DNA from: Lepidodermella squamata
Lineage: Eukaryota > Animalia > Gastrotricha
Reading direction: 5' to 3'
Assembly: GCA_047495785.1 (NCBI GenBank)
Contig: JBLDXI010000009.1
Location: 434,001 to 498,000, forward strand
Length of the DNA stretch: 64,000 nucleotides
Below are positions 48,640 to 60,483 of this stretch, one piece after another (positions within the stretch are counted from its first letter, which is position 1; each line of letters starts with the position of its first letter). The notes beneath the pieces are model-generated. The model was not told where the DNA came from. It worked only from the letters and a program-made list of their open reading frames with translations, and searched no databases. Both the position numbers and the translations under genes were made by a program.

Positions 48640-49756
48640 CCCCACTTGATACTTCAAGCAGATCTTATATAGAGAAATACTTATAATTTTGTGCGCGATT
48701 TTTTTCTGTTTTCGCGGTAAAACTAGCAGAAAACGAGCGTCTCCTTGTGAATGAATACGGTAAAAAAAGCTACAGTAACAACAGGGCAACATTATTTTAT
48801 ACCGTGTTTTTACCTCAGTTTTGCTTGTGATTTCACGTATTTTTACGGAGTTTATTTTTGTCTTGTTCTTAACGCAGATCATGTTTGCCGTGTTTTTCGA
48901 AGTTTGATGAAGCTTTGCAGTGAAAGCCTCGTAAAACTGCAGCAAACTTTGTATTACGTCTTGTCTCGAAGCTTGCGTTATTATATACAGTTATTACGGA
49001 AGAAGGATAAGCGGAATAGCGTTCTTATCGCTTTTTGCTTTTTTAGTCATTCAGTATTCAGTGTTTTGCGTTTCAACACTCACTCACACTGCTCTCACAT
49101 CATATGTGTGTGCGACAATGAAATCGCAACAGGAAACGGCAACAAAATAAAAAATGCACCTTAATAATTTTCAAATTGAAATTTGTCGAAAGCTGATTGG
49201 CTCGCGTCAGTGACTCAAAACACCAGATTTTTTCTATAAAAGGGAAGAAAGGAAGAGCGCCGCGCGCAGACCCGCGGCGCAATTGGAAGAGTTGGAAGAA
49301 GAAGTGGAAGAAGGAAGAATAGAATGGAAGAAAAGGAAGAATAAGAGAAGGAAGAGGAAGATGATGAATGATGAATAAAAAACTCTTATCTGTTCCGACA
49401 TTTTTGAGATGTGATAACGAGTCGCTTGGCGTACGAAAGATACGCGTGCTGGTGGTCACAGACGCACACGGATAAGGGCGTGCCAATTGCACTACACTAC
49501 ACACGCTTTGCTGCACGATAAAACCGTACCATAACTAAAGCGACCAGGAAATGAAGGCGGACTTTATAATTCATGGCCTAACATGCCCATTAACACATGT
49601 ATAACCCGGTTAATCATCACATGAATGCACCCTAATCCTAATGTGTTTAGACGCGCCAAAAGTCTCGATTTCACTGTCCAAAATACGTTCACAATCCAAT
49701 AAACATAACATTTAATTTTAATTACTTAGATATTTATTTTATTGATCTGATGCAAA

Positions 49757-51227
49757 ATGCGCGACAGGTTGGCACAGTTGAAAGCGGCGGCGCAGAAGCA
49801 CGCCGAAGAAGAGGCTGCAGGTAGCAATGGCTTCGTCGAAGGAGAGGAAGGTGTCGTGATACGCGACGTTCGCATCAGCATCGACGATGAAGTTTCAGAA
49901 TATGACGATGAGCCGACTGAGCAGGAGCAAAATATAGCCAACTTCTTTCAAACTGTTAAAGACATCCGCACTATGATCGAAGCAATCTCCGAGAGAGTCC
50001 AAGAGCTGAAAACTCGGCTAAACGACATGTTATCAAAGCCTAGAGGAGATAATGGTTTGTTCAAACGCATTTAGTTTTCAATTTAATATTCCTTGAATGA
50101 ATAGAGGCAGAAAAACAAGAGATGGACCAAATAATGCTGGAGATAAAGCAAAGCGCTAACAAAATTAGGGTTCAGCTTAAAGGTAAATTTTAAAGATGGC
50201 ATGACTTGTTGGATTGATAATGATTCAGCTATCCTTAATCGCAGCCATCGAAAAGTCTTTAACAGAAGAGGAGGAAAGCAAGAAGACCTCTGCTGATTTC
50301 AGAATTCGTAAAACACAGGTATATTGTTCCTTGAAATATCGCCTCATATAATGCCATTAATCTGCAGTATAATACGATGTATCGATTGTTATGTGATGTC
50401 CTTACCGAATACAACGAAGCTCAATGCAAATACCGTGAAAAATGCAAGGCAACTATAAAGCGCCAGTTAGAATACAGTAAGTTCGGCTATATTTCTGTGC
50501 TTTCAATTGAGCATAAAATTGATGATTTTAGCTGGGAAGGAGACGACAGATGAAGAAATCGAAGAAATGATTGAAAACGGTACATCTCAAACTTTTACTC
50601 AGGGCGTAAGTTTACTTCGAGTCAGTTCACAGTGAAGTACCTCGAATTTTCCATAGATTTTGATGGATACGCAACAAGCAAGGCAAATGCTAAAGGATGT
50701 CACTGCTCGGCACGAAGATATTAAAAAGCTCGAACAGTCAATCAACGAGCTTTACGATATGTTCATGGACATGGCTATGCTGGTGGAGAGCCAGGGCGAG
50801 ATGATAGATCGCATCGAATACAACATAAATCAGACAGCCGAGTTCGTCGAACAGGGGGTGAAAGAAACGAGAGTAGCCCTGCAGATGAAACGGTCGACAA
50901 GACGGGTATATACCTGAACCTTTTCTTCATTTCGCAATTTCCTTATGCTTATACTAAATTTTTCAGAAAAAATGCATTTGTTGGTCGTGCATAATCGGTA
51001 CTATCCTCGTTGGGCTAGTAATCCTTACAATAGTCCTAGTCGTCGAATTTTGCGGCAACGGCTCATGTGATGGCAGCAGCGGATCAGCGGATCCGGCGAC
51101 CACCGCAACTCTTTTCCCGATTCGAACATTTACCTTCACTCCAGCTACTACAGCAGCGGAAAACATACTTCGGATGTTGACTGTTCCATTTAAAAATGTA
51201 CCAATTGTTGTTCCGACGGCTACATGA
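49757..51227 (+). CDS. STX1: Syntaxin-1-like Qa-SNARE, copy A (~380 aa) with a ~60-aa post-TM tail
   Basis: Exons 49757-50054, 50105-50182, 50245-50318, 50368-50476, 50532-50605, 50657-50905, 50967-51227. N-peptide [10 protein letters not shown]; [10 protein letters not shown]; [44 protein letters not shown]; RRKK followed by a TM segment. Confidence 0.9.
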
Positions 51228-51927
51228 ATGCCGAGATGTTAACCTAAAATCTTTCATAACACATCGTGCCTAGTTATTAGATTCTGCGCTGCTATGGTAT
51301 AATTTATTACGAAAGGCCTAATCTCCGGTGATTCAGCCGTGAATCAATTTGTAGAGTATAATTATTTCAATTGATTCCTGTTAACGTTCCGTTGTTTTTT
51401 TATGAAACGATACCCGAAATGTATCTCTCCTCGAATTTACTTGAAATTAAAAAGTTGATATTTAACATTTTCGTTGTACAATGTTGAAGCGCAGAACACT
51501 TGCTGTAGCCGTGTCCATGAACATGCGGTCTAACACTGAATGTGGTCATTTTTCTTCGTAATAGTAATCAAACAAAGCAGGTGTTGGCCAGTGCTATAAG
51601 CGCTACTATAGTGTTGAATGGCCAGGTTCAAAAATCGTGGCACTGACACATAATGTATAAGCTGTGGGGCTTTCGTTTTTACTACTACAAATGCACACAC
51701 TGAATATAATGAAAACAGGGAGTATTTTCATCTCCCGTGCTTTCACGCGTCGACCTTGATATGCTGGATGCTCATCGTAATAGAGTAGTAATTACCAAAT
51801 TTTTACTCCGAAGTCATTATTATGCAGTGAAATCTCTGTATTAGTTCTCGTCTATAACAGATAGGGGGTGCAGGATCCTGTTTTTTTACAACTGATTTTT
51901 TCATGTTTAGTTTGATGAAATCTCGAA

Positions 51928-53307
51928 ATGAAAGATAGATTGGCCCAATTGCAAGCTTTAGCTCAGCAACATGCCGAGGAAGAAGCGAGACAGCAGAGGG
52001 CGACCTCTCCCTCGCATCATGGACCACACAGTCCAACATCAAGTCCTACCAGTCCTGCCAGTCCTGCCAGTCCTGCAAGTCATGTTCAAATCAAAATTGA
52101 AGCCGAACCCTCTTCGCCCGAGTCAGATAACTTCATGATAGAATTCTTCAGCAAGGTAAATGAGGTTCGATCACTACTCGATAAGATGGCCGCTCGAGTT
52201 GACGATCTGAAGCATAAGCAATCCGAGCTGTTAACAGCACCTCAAACCGACCCTAGTAAACATGCCTGCCACCTTGAAACGAATTCAATAAAAATTCAAT
52301 TGAAAATATGTAGAAGACAAACAGCTGCTTGATCAACTCATGGGCGATATAAGCGCTGATGCGAATGTCATACGCGCCAAGTTGAAAGGTACTTGCTTAT
52401 CCTTATTTCGAATGAATTGATCAGCTTAAAATTTCGAAAACAGGCGTTGAAGCTGGCTTGGCGAAGGAGGCCGACAAGCAGTCAGCAAGCTATCGGATCC
52501 AAAAATGCCAGGTAAGAGATTTCTCTGTCGCTGTTTGTGTCTCTATATCAAGCTTCTCAGTATAACACCATGCTTATGCGGCTTTGCGAAATCCTCTCGC
52601 AATACAACGCAGCCCAGCGTTATTACCGCGATCAGTGTAAAAAGACGATCAAGCGGCAAATCGAATACAGTTCATAATTTGATCTAAAAAAATTCGCAAA
52701 GTTTTCATTGCTTTGCTTTCAGCCGGCAAAGCAACAACGGATGACGAGATCGAAGAAATGATAGAAAAAGGAACTCCGGAGGCGTTTACTCAAGGGGTAA
52801 GAAATTAGCTAGCTGCCGATTCAGCCTGTTGATACAGGAGCCTCTTTCAGATCGAAAAGGACACTCTTCAAGCTCGACAAGCGCTCAAAGATGTAACGGA
52901 TCAACAGGAACAAATCAAAAAGTTGGAGGAGTCAATCAAACAGTTGCACGATGTGTTCTTGGACATGGCCTTACTTGTTGAATCTCAGGTAAAAGTTGCA
53001 AATACTACCTAAAATGTCTTCATCTGCTGCTTTAACGATCAGGGTGAGCAAATCGACATGATCGACCACAATGTGCAAAACTCAGCAGACTACGTAGAGC
53101 AAGCCATCTACCAAACAGAGGAAGCACGAGGCTTTGCAACTGAAATAAGAAAGGTTCGTATTTTTATTATCCTCGCGAATTACTCAATGATAGCGAAAAC
53201 TATTACAGAAAAAATGTCTTTGCTGGGGCATTATCATTGGAGGAATCTTGGTCGTTATCGTTATTGTTGTAATCACGCTGGCAGTCAAGTTGGCCCCTCG
53301 CAACTGA
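51928..53307 (+). CDS. STX1: Syntaxin-1-like Qa-SNARE, copy B (~333 aa)
   Basis: Exons 51928-52255, 52314-52388, 52444-52511, 52561-52669, 52723-52796, 52851-52988, 53043-53153, 53209-53307. [46 protein letters not shown]; RKKK followed by a TM segment ending LAPRN*. Confidence 0.88.
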
Positions 53308-53851
53308 GAGTATCTGTAAAGTCTATTCATTAGATATATTGCGGCTTCAAAATTCGAGTTTTATTTTTGTTTATGATCCGAAAAATTATATAAAGCCATT
53401 AATTAATCAACAATAAAGAAATTGGTTATAAAAAGTCAAGATAAGAGGGGTTAAAATTACTAAACGGTAAAAAGGTTGATTTTATCGAGGTTGGAGATGA
53501 AGCCGGAGGTATCAGAGTTCCTGAGGTATCGATAACAATGAAAATCCAAAAACTACGTGTGATTCTTTATGACAGACAGAAGCGAACAGACAGATTTTAT
53601 CACAGTAAAACAGCGTCAACAACAGAACGGCTCTCGACTGACAAATTATGAATAAATTTCTGTTCGAATATTCCACGTAATGGACAAATCAACAGCCGAA
53701 TTCGGGTGTATGTAGCTTATATAATCTGAAACAAAATAAACAAAAAAAGGAAATTAATCAAATAAAATTGAATCTCATTGGTTGATTATGAAGCTGAGGT
53801 GTTAGCGAAAGTGGAGTACAACAAAAGGGTGCGTCAAAAAAAGAGTTATTT

Positions 53852-56800
53852 TTAGCAAAGCAAGGCGTGGCGCTCGGGTTTGAGCGACGAGGCGTGGTTG
53901 TTGTTGAGTAGCACTGAGCTAGGCGGTGATGAGTTGCTCGGCGACGACGAAGACGACGAGAGCGGCGAGGCAGCGAGATGGTGGGCGAGCGACACGGTCG
54001 ACACTGACTTGACACTGCTGTAACGGCTGTTATCAACGGCCAAGTTCGCCTCTAGTGTACCCTGGGCCGCCGTTCCTAGAATAGCCATAATGTGCTGTTG
54101 AGGTGGCGGCTGGCTAGATGTTCGCGGCTTCACATCGATCGGTGGCTTACCACGGCTGGCAATCTGCGAGCTCACCGCATTTTTTATGGCATTCAGCGCC
54201 ATCGAGTAGCCGTTGTTGTTCGGCTTGGGCGTCGCTGCGTCCTGTTCACGCTCGGCTTGGCTGTGTTGCAGCAACACCGAACGCTTCGATGAGGTTGAAA
54301 CCATCGACGAAGCGCCGGATGACGAAGTCATATGCTTGCTAGTGCTACTATTAGCCACACCAACCGTGCGATAGTTGTTATTTATAGATGTGCTACTATT
54401 GTTACTAAGCTTGCTATAAGTGTTCGAAGGCTTGTTGTTAACTGGGGTGCTAGCGTTCGACGACAGCATAGTGTCGTCGGCGAAGCAGCCAGCGGCGGAG
54501 AGTGCGGCCACACAAATCGAACTGCTTGCGTTAGTTGAAGTCGGCGAAGCTGGGTTATTGGCGTTCGAACTGCCACTTACGGTGCTGTGTTGTTGTAGTC
54601 GCACGGCCCGGCGTTTCAACGCTGCTGTGCTGTCTGAGTAGACGACATCGGCCGCCGTGGCTCTAAGCGTCTGCTTGAGGTCATTTACCGCTGCAGGCGT
54701 TGAAAATTGCTGTGATGGTTCATAATTCAACGGCTCCTGTATCGAAGAGACAAAATCCCGTATTATTTAGGAACTATAAGACTGATTGCTGAAAGCTGAA
54801 TTTAGCTGAAATGCATAACCGTAAACTTGCCTCCTCAATCTTTTTGCTAAGATCCAGCTGAGAATCTCTGAAGGAACCCCGGCTGGGCATTGATTGATCG
54901 GTAATATTGCGCAGTTGGCGCATGAATGCGACTTCGCGCTGAGCTCGTTCCAAATCACGAGTTCGATCATTGAGTCGCCGCTCGAGCTCGCGAACAACTT
55001 TACTCTGATTTTTCGCTGCCTTCTCCATTTCCTCTACAAACTTCATCGTCAGTTTGTTCGTCAGCTTATCCTAATAGAAAAGTAAACGTAGAAATTATTA
55101 ATTTCTCTAAAATGCAAACTAACAATCGTTTCATCTTTCCACGCAGTCATATGCGCTTCGATTTCCTTCAACTCTGCATCTTTCTGCTTCAATTCCGCTT
55201 GGAATGAAGCTGATTGTCTCGCCTCGCCTCGAGCTTTCTCAACATCGGCACGATGCTCTTTCAGGAAGTTCTCCTTCAGCGTAGTTATCTCTTCCTGTTT
55301 TTCCTTAAGCATCTTTGAACGAAGTTGTTCCAGCTCGTCGAATTTGTCCTGATCCAGCTTTTTCAGAGATTCTCTCTTTTCTTCAAGCTCGGCTCTTTGA
55401 CGAATACATAGGTCACGCAGCTCTTGGCAAGTGCTTTGTAAATTGGTCTGCAATCAAACAAATATTAACGTTTCACAACAAATTACTTCATAGATTTACC
55501 ATAGCAGCGAAAATGGGAGATGAAGACGAACTGAGGATGGTATTGAATTGCTGAGCTGGGTTGGCGGCTCTTTCAATGCGGAAGCTCATCAATTTGACCC
55601 GGCGAGGTGTTACTTCCATCAACGCAGCGCTAGATGGGACATAGAATAATCAAAGAAATTCAAATCAGATATCAATTGACAAACATTTTGCGGCACTCAT
55701 CGTTGATTTCGTTAACAAACGACGTCTCCAGCCGATCGAAGTTGACCAGACCGTTGGCAAACAAATCGAGATCACGCTGTCTATCGGCTTCGAGCGCCTG
55801 CATATCAGCCCGTACTTTCCCAAGCTGAGATTCCAGCCCGGCCACATCGAACTGGCGCTCATCTTCGAATTGCTGGCGAAGACGCTCGACGTCGCGCAGC
55901 TTGTCGTCTTTAACCTTTTCCAACTGCAGAGTCTTCTCTTCAATCGCCAACCGCGCTTGCTCACGGTCAAGCTCGATTTGCTACAAAAAATAAGACATAC
56001 GTATGGTCAACCGAGTGGAATATTCAAGACTTACTGCTTGTAGTAAATGAACTTGTTGCGACAACTGTTCACTCCGCTTATTCGCATCTGCCAAGTCACG
56101 GGCGAAGCTATCGTTTTCGTCGATTAGCTCTTCGAGACGTAGCCGTTCCTTCTGCTGATCTTCGATCGTGCGCAGGAGGCTCGCCAGCTGTTTCTGATGC
56201 TGATCTTCGATATGTTGGATTCGCATCTGCAACGTCGCAATTTCGTTGTCCTTATCCTTGGCAGTAGCCAATGCCTCCTCGTGGACAGCCGAAGCCGCAA
56301 GCTTACGCTCGATAGTCTCGACAAGTTGCTCCTGAAGCTGGCCAATGACTTCGCCAAAGTTCTGCTGCTGAGGCAACGGCGATGAGCCAGCATCGCAGCA
56401 ATCGCGGCTAGCACATCGCGTGCAAGCAAAAGCTGGTTGAGCATCGGCCGATAGCTGCTGCTGCTGTTGAGGATTGCTGAGGAACTGGCGAGCTAAATCC
56501 AAAGCCTGAGCAGCGTATTCGGCTGGGAGACGATCATTGCGCAAGAAAAGCTGTTATTTACATTACAAATTAAACAATGAATAGATAGAAAAATCAAATC
56601 TTCAACCTCAAGCAGATTGTCGCGTTCGCCTTCAAGCCGTTTAATACGCTCTTCGAGCTGTAGCTTCTTCTCCTTGACTGCTTCCCGATCAAGAGTCGCC
56701 TCTTCGAGTCTAACTGTCAGAATTTTCAATTCCTTCTGAAGACCTTCAATCTTTTCCCGCAACGCTTCGATCTCAGGACTCGGTTCTGGCTCAGTTGGTT

Positions 56801-59800
56801 CTTCCTTCACTTGGCGCTGGGCAGATTTGCTTCGAACCGGTGTTTTGTTGGCACTGTTTCGGCTTTGGCAAACAACTGGAGCCGGCGATAATGCTCGGGC
56901 CTCGTCGACGGCTTCCTCCTCTTCACCTTCCTCTTCTTCGTCATTGACGCGGTTTCGCTGCATTTCCGACTCCAACAGCGCGATTTTCGCCTCGAGAGCT
57001 TGCCGCTCTTTTACGTGCATCTCGTCAGATTTCGCAATCAACTTCGCCAGCTGCGCCTCGACCATTTTCTCAAGCTGGCATTGCTCCTCGCTCTTGGGCG
57101 GCTCGGCCGGCGGTTGAGGCTCAGCAGCTACGACTGTGGTGTGAACAGCCGATTGGGCAACAGTAGCAGCCTGCTTCTGCTGCAAATCTGCGATCTGCTT
57201 CGCCTGGATTTCATTTTGTAGAAGCAGCAACTCCTGGTAGAGTTTCTCCTTCTTGTGCTCGCCTTCTTCGAATTCGTGGCGCATCCTTTCCATGTGCGCG
57301 TTGAACCTATCGACCTCGAACTGGCCATTGTGAAGATCCTCGCGTAGAGCACTCAGTTGCTCTGTTAAATGGCTTACTTCTGCCATCGCTTGCTGAAATA
57401 AAAAATACGATGATTAACCAAGGGCAAAGTTTGGGGAGCAAAACACTAACCGCTCTTTGTTCGCTCAACTGCCAAATGTCCTCCCTGATGGCATGAACGT
57501 CGTCGATATACTTGTCGTTACTTCTTCTACTGGATGATCTGATTTCGTTGATGTTTCGTGAGCTATGGGATTTCGTGGTTAAACCGTGTGACCTAAAGGA
57601 AAAAATTAGCTCGACCGATAAATTCCTATAAAAGGGCATACCCTCTTTGGGGAGACTCATTGGCTGCTCGTGGGCGAGATTTCGACGACGTCGACGATGA
57701 AACTCGAGGAGGTTTCGCAGTGATGATGAACTCATCGTCTGAAAAATGCTCACCAGCTGTAATAACCGGCGGCGAGTGGATGGCTCGTTTCGCCGCTCTG
57801 AACGCCGCGTCGAACTTCTCATTGACAACTGAACTTTGAACTGTTTCAAGATCGCTGTCCAGCGCAACGTCTTTGAACGTTGAACTCAGCGGAACGCCGG
57901 CAAAGTAGCGCGCCGTCATTTTTTCTATGTTACGCTTCAGCTTTTCAGTCTGAACGCGTTCCCATTCATCGGCGTCGATGGATGAAGGCAGCGAGGCTAA
58001 CTTCGCCGCAACCTTGGCCGAAGACGACGCCGCCTTTGCTTGCTTGCTGATAGGAGGCTTCGCTTTACAGACAACTTCAGCCTGATGTTCATCGGTGGCA
58101 TCGTCATCGCCGCCTCCTGTCGATTCGCTACTTTCGATGTTCTGAACTTTGTACACACAGACCGGCAGGTTTCCTGTCGTCAAAATAAATGAAAATTTAA
58201 TGAAGCGTTCATGATGTTTTTAAAGCTGTTAGCGATTTTGTGTGTGTATGTATGAGTTCAAACCTTCATTCGGAATGTAAGTGACTCGCCCTCCATCGTT
58301 AACATTTTGGTTATTATTACAAGCTTCATTTGACGAGCTCAGGCAGCTGCCTGGTATCGAGCGGGGTGGCGAACTCGCAGCAGCTCCACGCGATGATGAG
58401 CTAGGCAACGTATTACGCCGCCTTGAAGGTCCATTCTGTTGCAGCCGTTGCGACTGAGAACGCTGAAATCGATGCCCGGTAGTTATCAAACCATCACCGC
58501 TATTGCCATTATTTGACGACGCTGTTAGTTGGTGTTAATAAAGGGGGAGAGTTATTAAGAGTTGGGTTAAGTTTGGTTAATTTGGGTAGAAATAATCATG
58601 CGGGGTTATTGAAACTGTGCGATAAAAATATGCTGATTATACCTGATTTCGACTTTTTTCCAGCTATTAATTGCGGTACAGCTGCGAGAGGAAGGATTTT
58701 AATCGTCGTTTGTTTCCGATGGTGCTTGCTCTGCGATGAGCTTTGCTGTTTCTGTTGAGGCTGTTGGCGACGCGGCGGCTTCTGCTGATGGTCGTCCTCG
58801 ATCAGATCCTCGGCCTGCGACGACTGCTCGTCATCCTGTACACTTGGCGGTTCGATTTCAACCCCATTGTTGTCTAATCACAAACATGAGAGAAACATGA
58901 TCATCCTGAAAAAAGCAGAAAATGAAAGCCAACCTGAATCGCTGTGATTATCAGCGGCGCGTCGCATAGTTTGCTGACTTTTGCGTTGATAGCTTGAACA
59001 GTTGTTTTCGCGGCAACAACAAGTTTCGTTGGCTTCACTACGGCCTGGTCGGGGTGTTTGATCGGCTGTTCTTATAGCTTGCTCGTCTTCTTCACTGATA
59101 AGCAAGGGCAGCGGCGGTATTGATAGTGTTAGCTGCTGTCGGTAATGCTGATGATGGCTTTGGTAGTTCTGGTGACTATTCGACTTATTCTCCGGAAGCC
59201 TGACCAAGGGTTCAAGCCTTTCGTCGATATTATCTAAGAGGCGATCGCAGGCCCCAAGTAACAAATCAGTATCGACCGAAGACGGCGATCCGTATGGGTT
59301 TGCGTGGGTTTGGTACTGAGCAGCAGCAGCGATTTGGTCGTAACTGGAGTAAAACTGCTGGCGTCCCCAATCTAAATAGAATATTTAGCTCTAAATTGAA
59401 ATTTCAGCCATATAAAAGCGAAGCAGATACCTTCTGAATATGCGCGGTGCGATGTTGCGGATGAAGAGCCGTTTGCAAAAACTTCTCTAAAATAAACAAA
59501 ACAATACAAAAATTAATCGCTGCTCATCGTTGCGTTAATGCAAACAAATTTCGGTTATTGAGGTGTGGCGCTTTTACACACCGACGGAGGTAATTTTTCG
59601 GGTACACGATGCGGCTAATTCAGCCCTCGATGTAAAAATAATAATTTCTAATTATTTCTTGCGCGCTCGGTTGAAATTTGTTGGCAAAGAAGCAATTACA
59701 GCGAGGCCTGAAATTGGTTATCGAGCCCGCGAATAAAACGCTGCTGATGGCGCATATTCAAGCTCGCGAAGAATTCGCCTCTCGCTGTCTGTTTATTTAA

Positions 59801-60483
59801 CGATGCGCCATTCACGGCGCTCATTACGGCGTGAAGGCAATTTCTTGAGTGATACACGAAAAAGATGCGCGCGCGCGCATTGTCAAAGCGGGGCCAATTT
59901 TTAGGCGACATGTGATGCGATGAACTCGCACTCGCGAAGCCTTTTGACGATCAATCGGCGACTTTAGCCACGGCTATTAAGAAGCCCTGAAACAATTTCG
60001 CTTGTATTATAGCGCTATTACTTGCTGTCGTAGGTATAAGGTAACGGCGTATTATTTTGTATCGAAGCTGAATGCGACGCCGGTGTGAAAAGGTGCGGCT
60101 GTGGCTAAATGCTGGCTTTCAATAACAAACATGGCTGTTTCAATGCAAAATAAGCACCATTAAATGGCCTTGTTACCTGCGGCGTGGTTCTCAGCCTTGA
60201 AAACTAATAAAGCAATTGCTCACTTGAAAAACACGAGAGAGGCGCGTGTCCGCTGCGCCGACTTCCCTTTCGCGCGCTTTTCGCCATGCCGCAAGTCAAT
60301 AAATGTTATTATATCAGACACGGGGTGACATTGACGGCTTTTTTCAATCGGGTCTAAGCGCAAAAAAATGTTTGGCTTCTGAGTAAATGTGACAGGTGGC
60401 CGCTGTGAAGGACATTTTCGGGAAAGTTAGGTGGTCGGCTTTCATTATTCTTACCTGTTGTCGAAGTCAGTGACGCCGGGCAT
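53852..60483 (-). CDS. Uncharacterised large coiled-coil protein with disordered S/N/Q-rich termini (~1620 aa, 14 exons)
   Basis: Phase-consistent minus exons 60483-60455, 59486-59431, 59371-58934, 58873-58643, 58521-58264, 58173-57642, 57592-57451, 57392-56607, 56550-56035, 55980-55685, 55629-55500, 55447-55124, 55070-54831, 54736-53852. Long E/K/Q/L heptad segments; no recognisable globular domain. Confidence 0.7.

Noticed and set aside
47410-48940. CRISPR-like array from recurring TTACCGTGTTTT words
   Set aside because: Degenerate, irregularly spaced, no cas genes, eukaryotic context.
49243-49375. Purine-rich GAA/GGAA tract upstream of syntaxin A as a coding exon or triplex element
   Set aside because: Low complexity, stops and no supporting splice context; any function cannot be supported from sequence alone.
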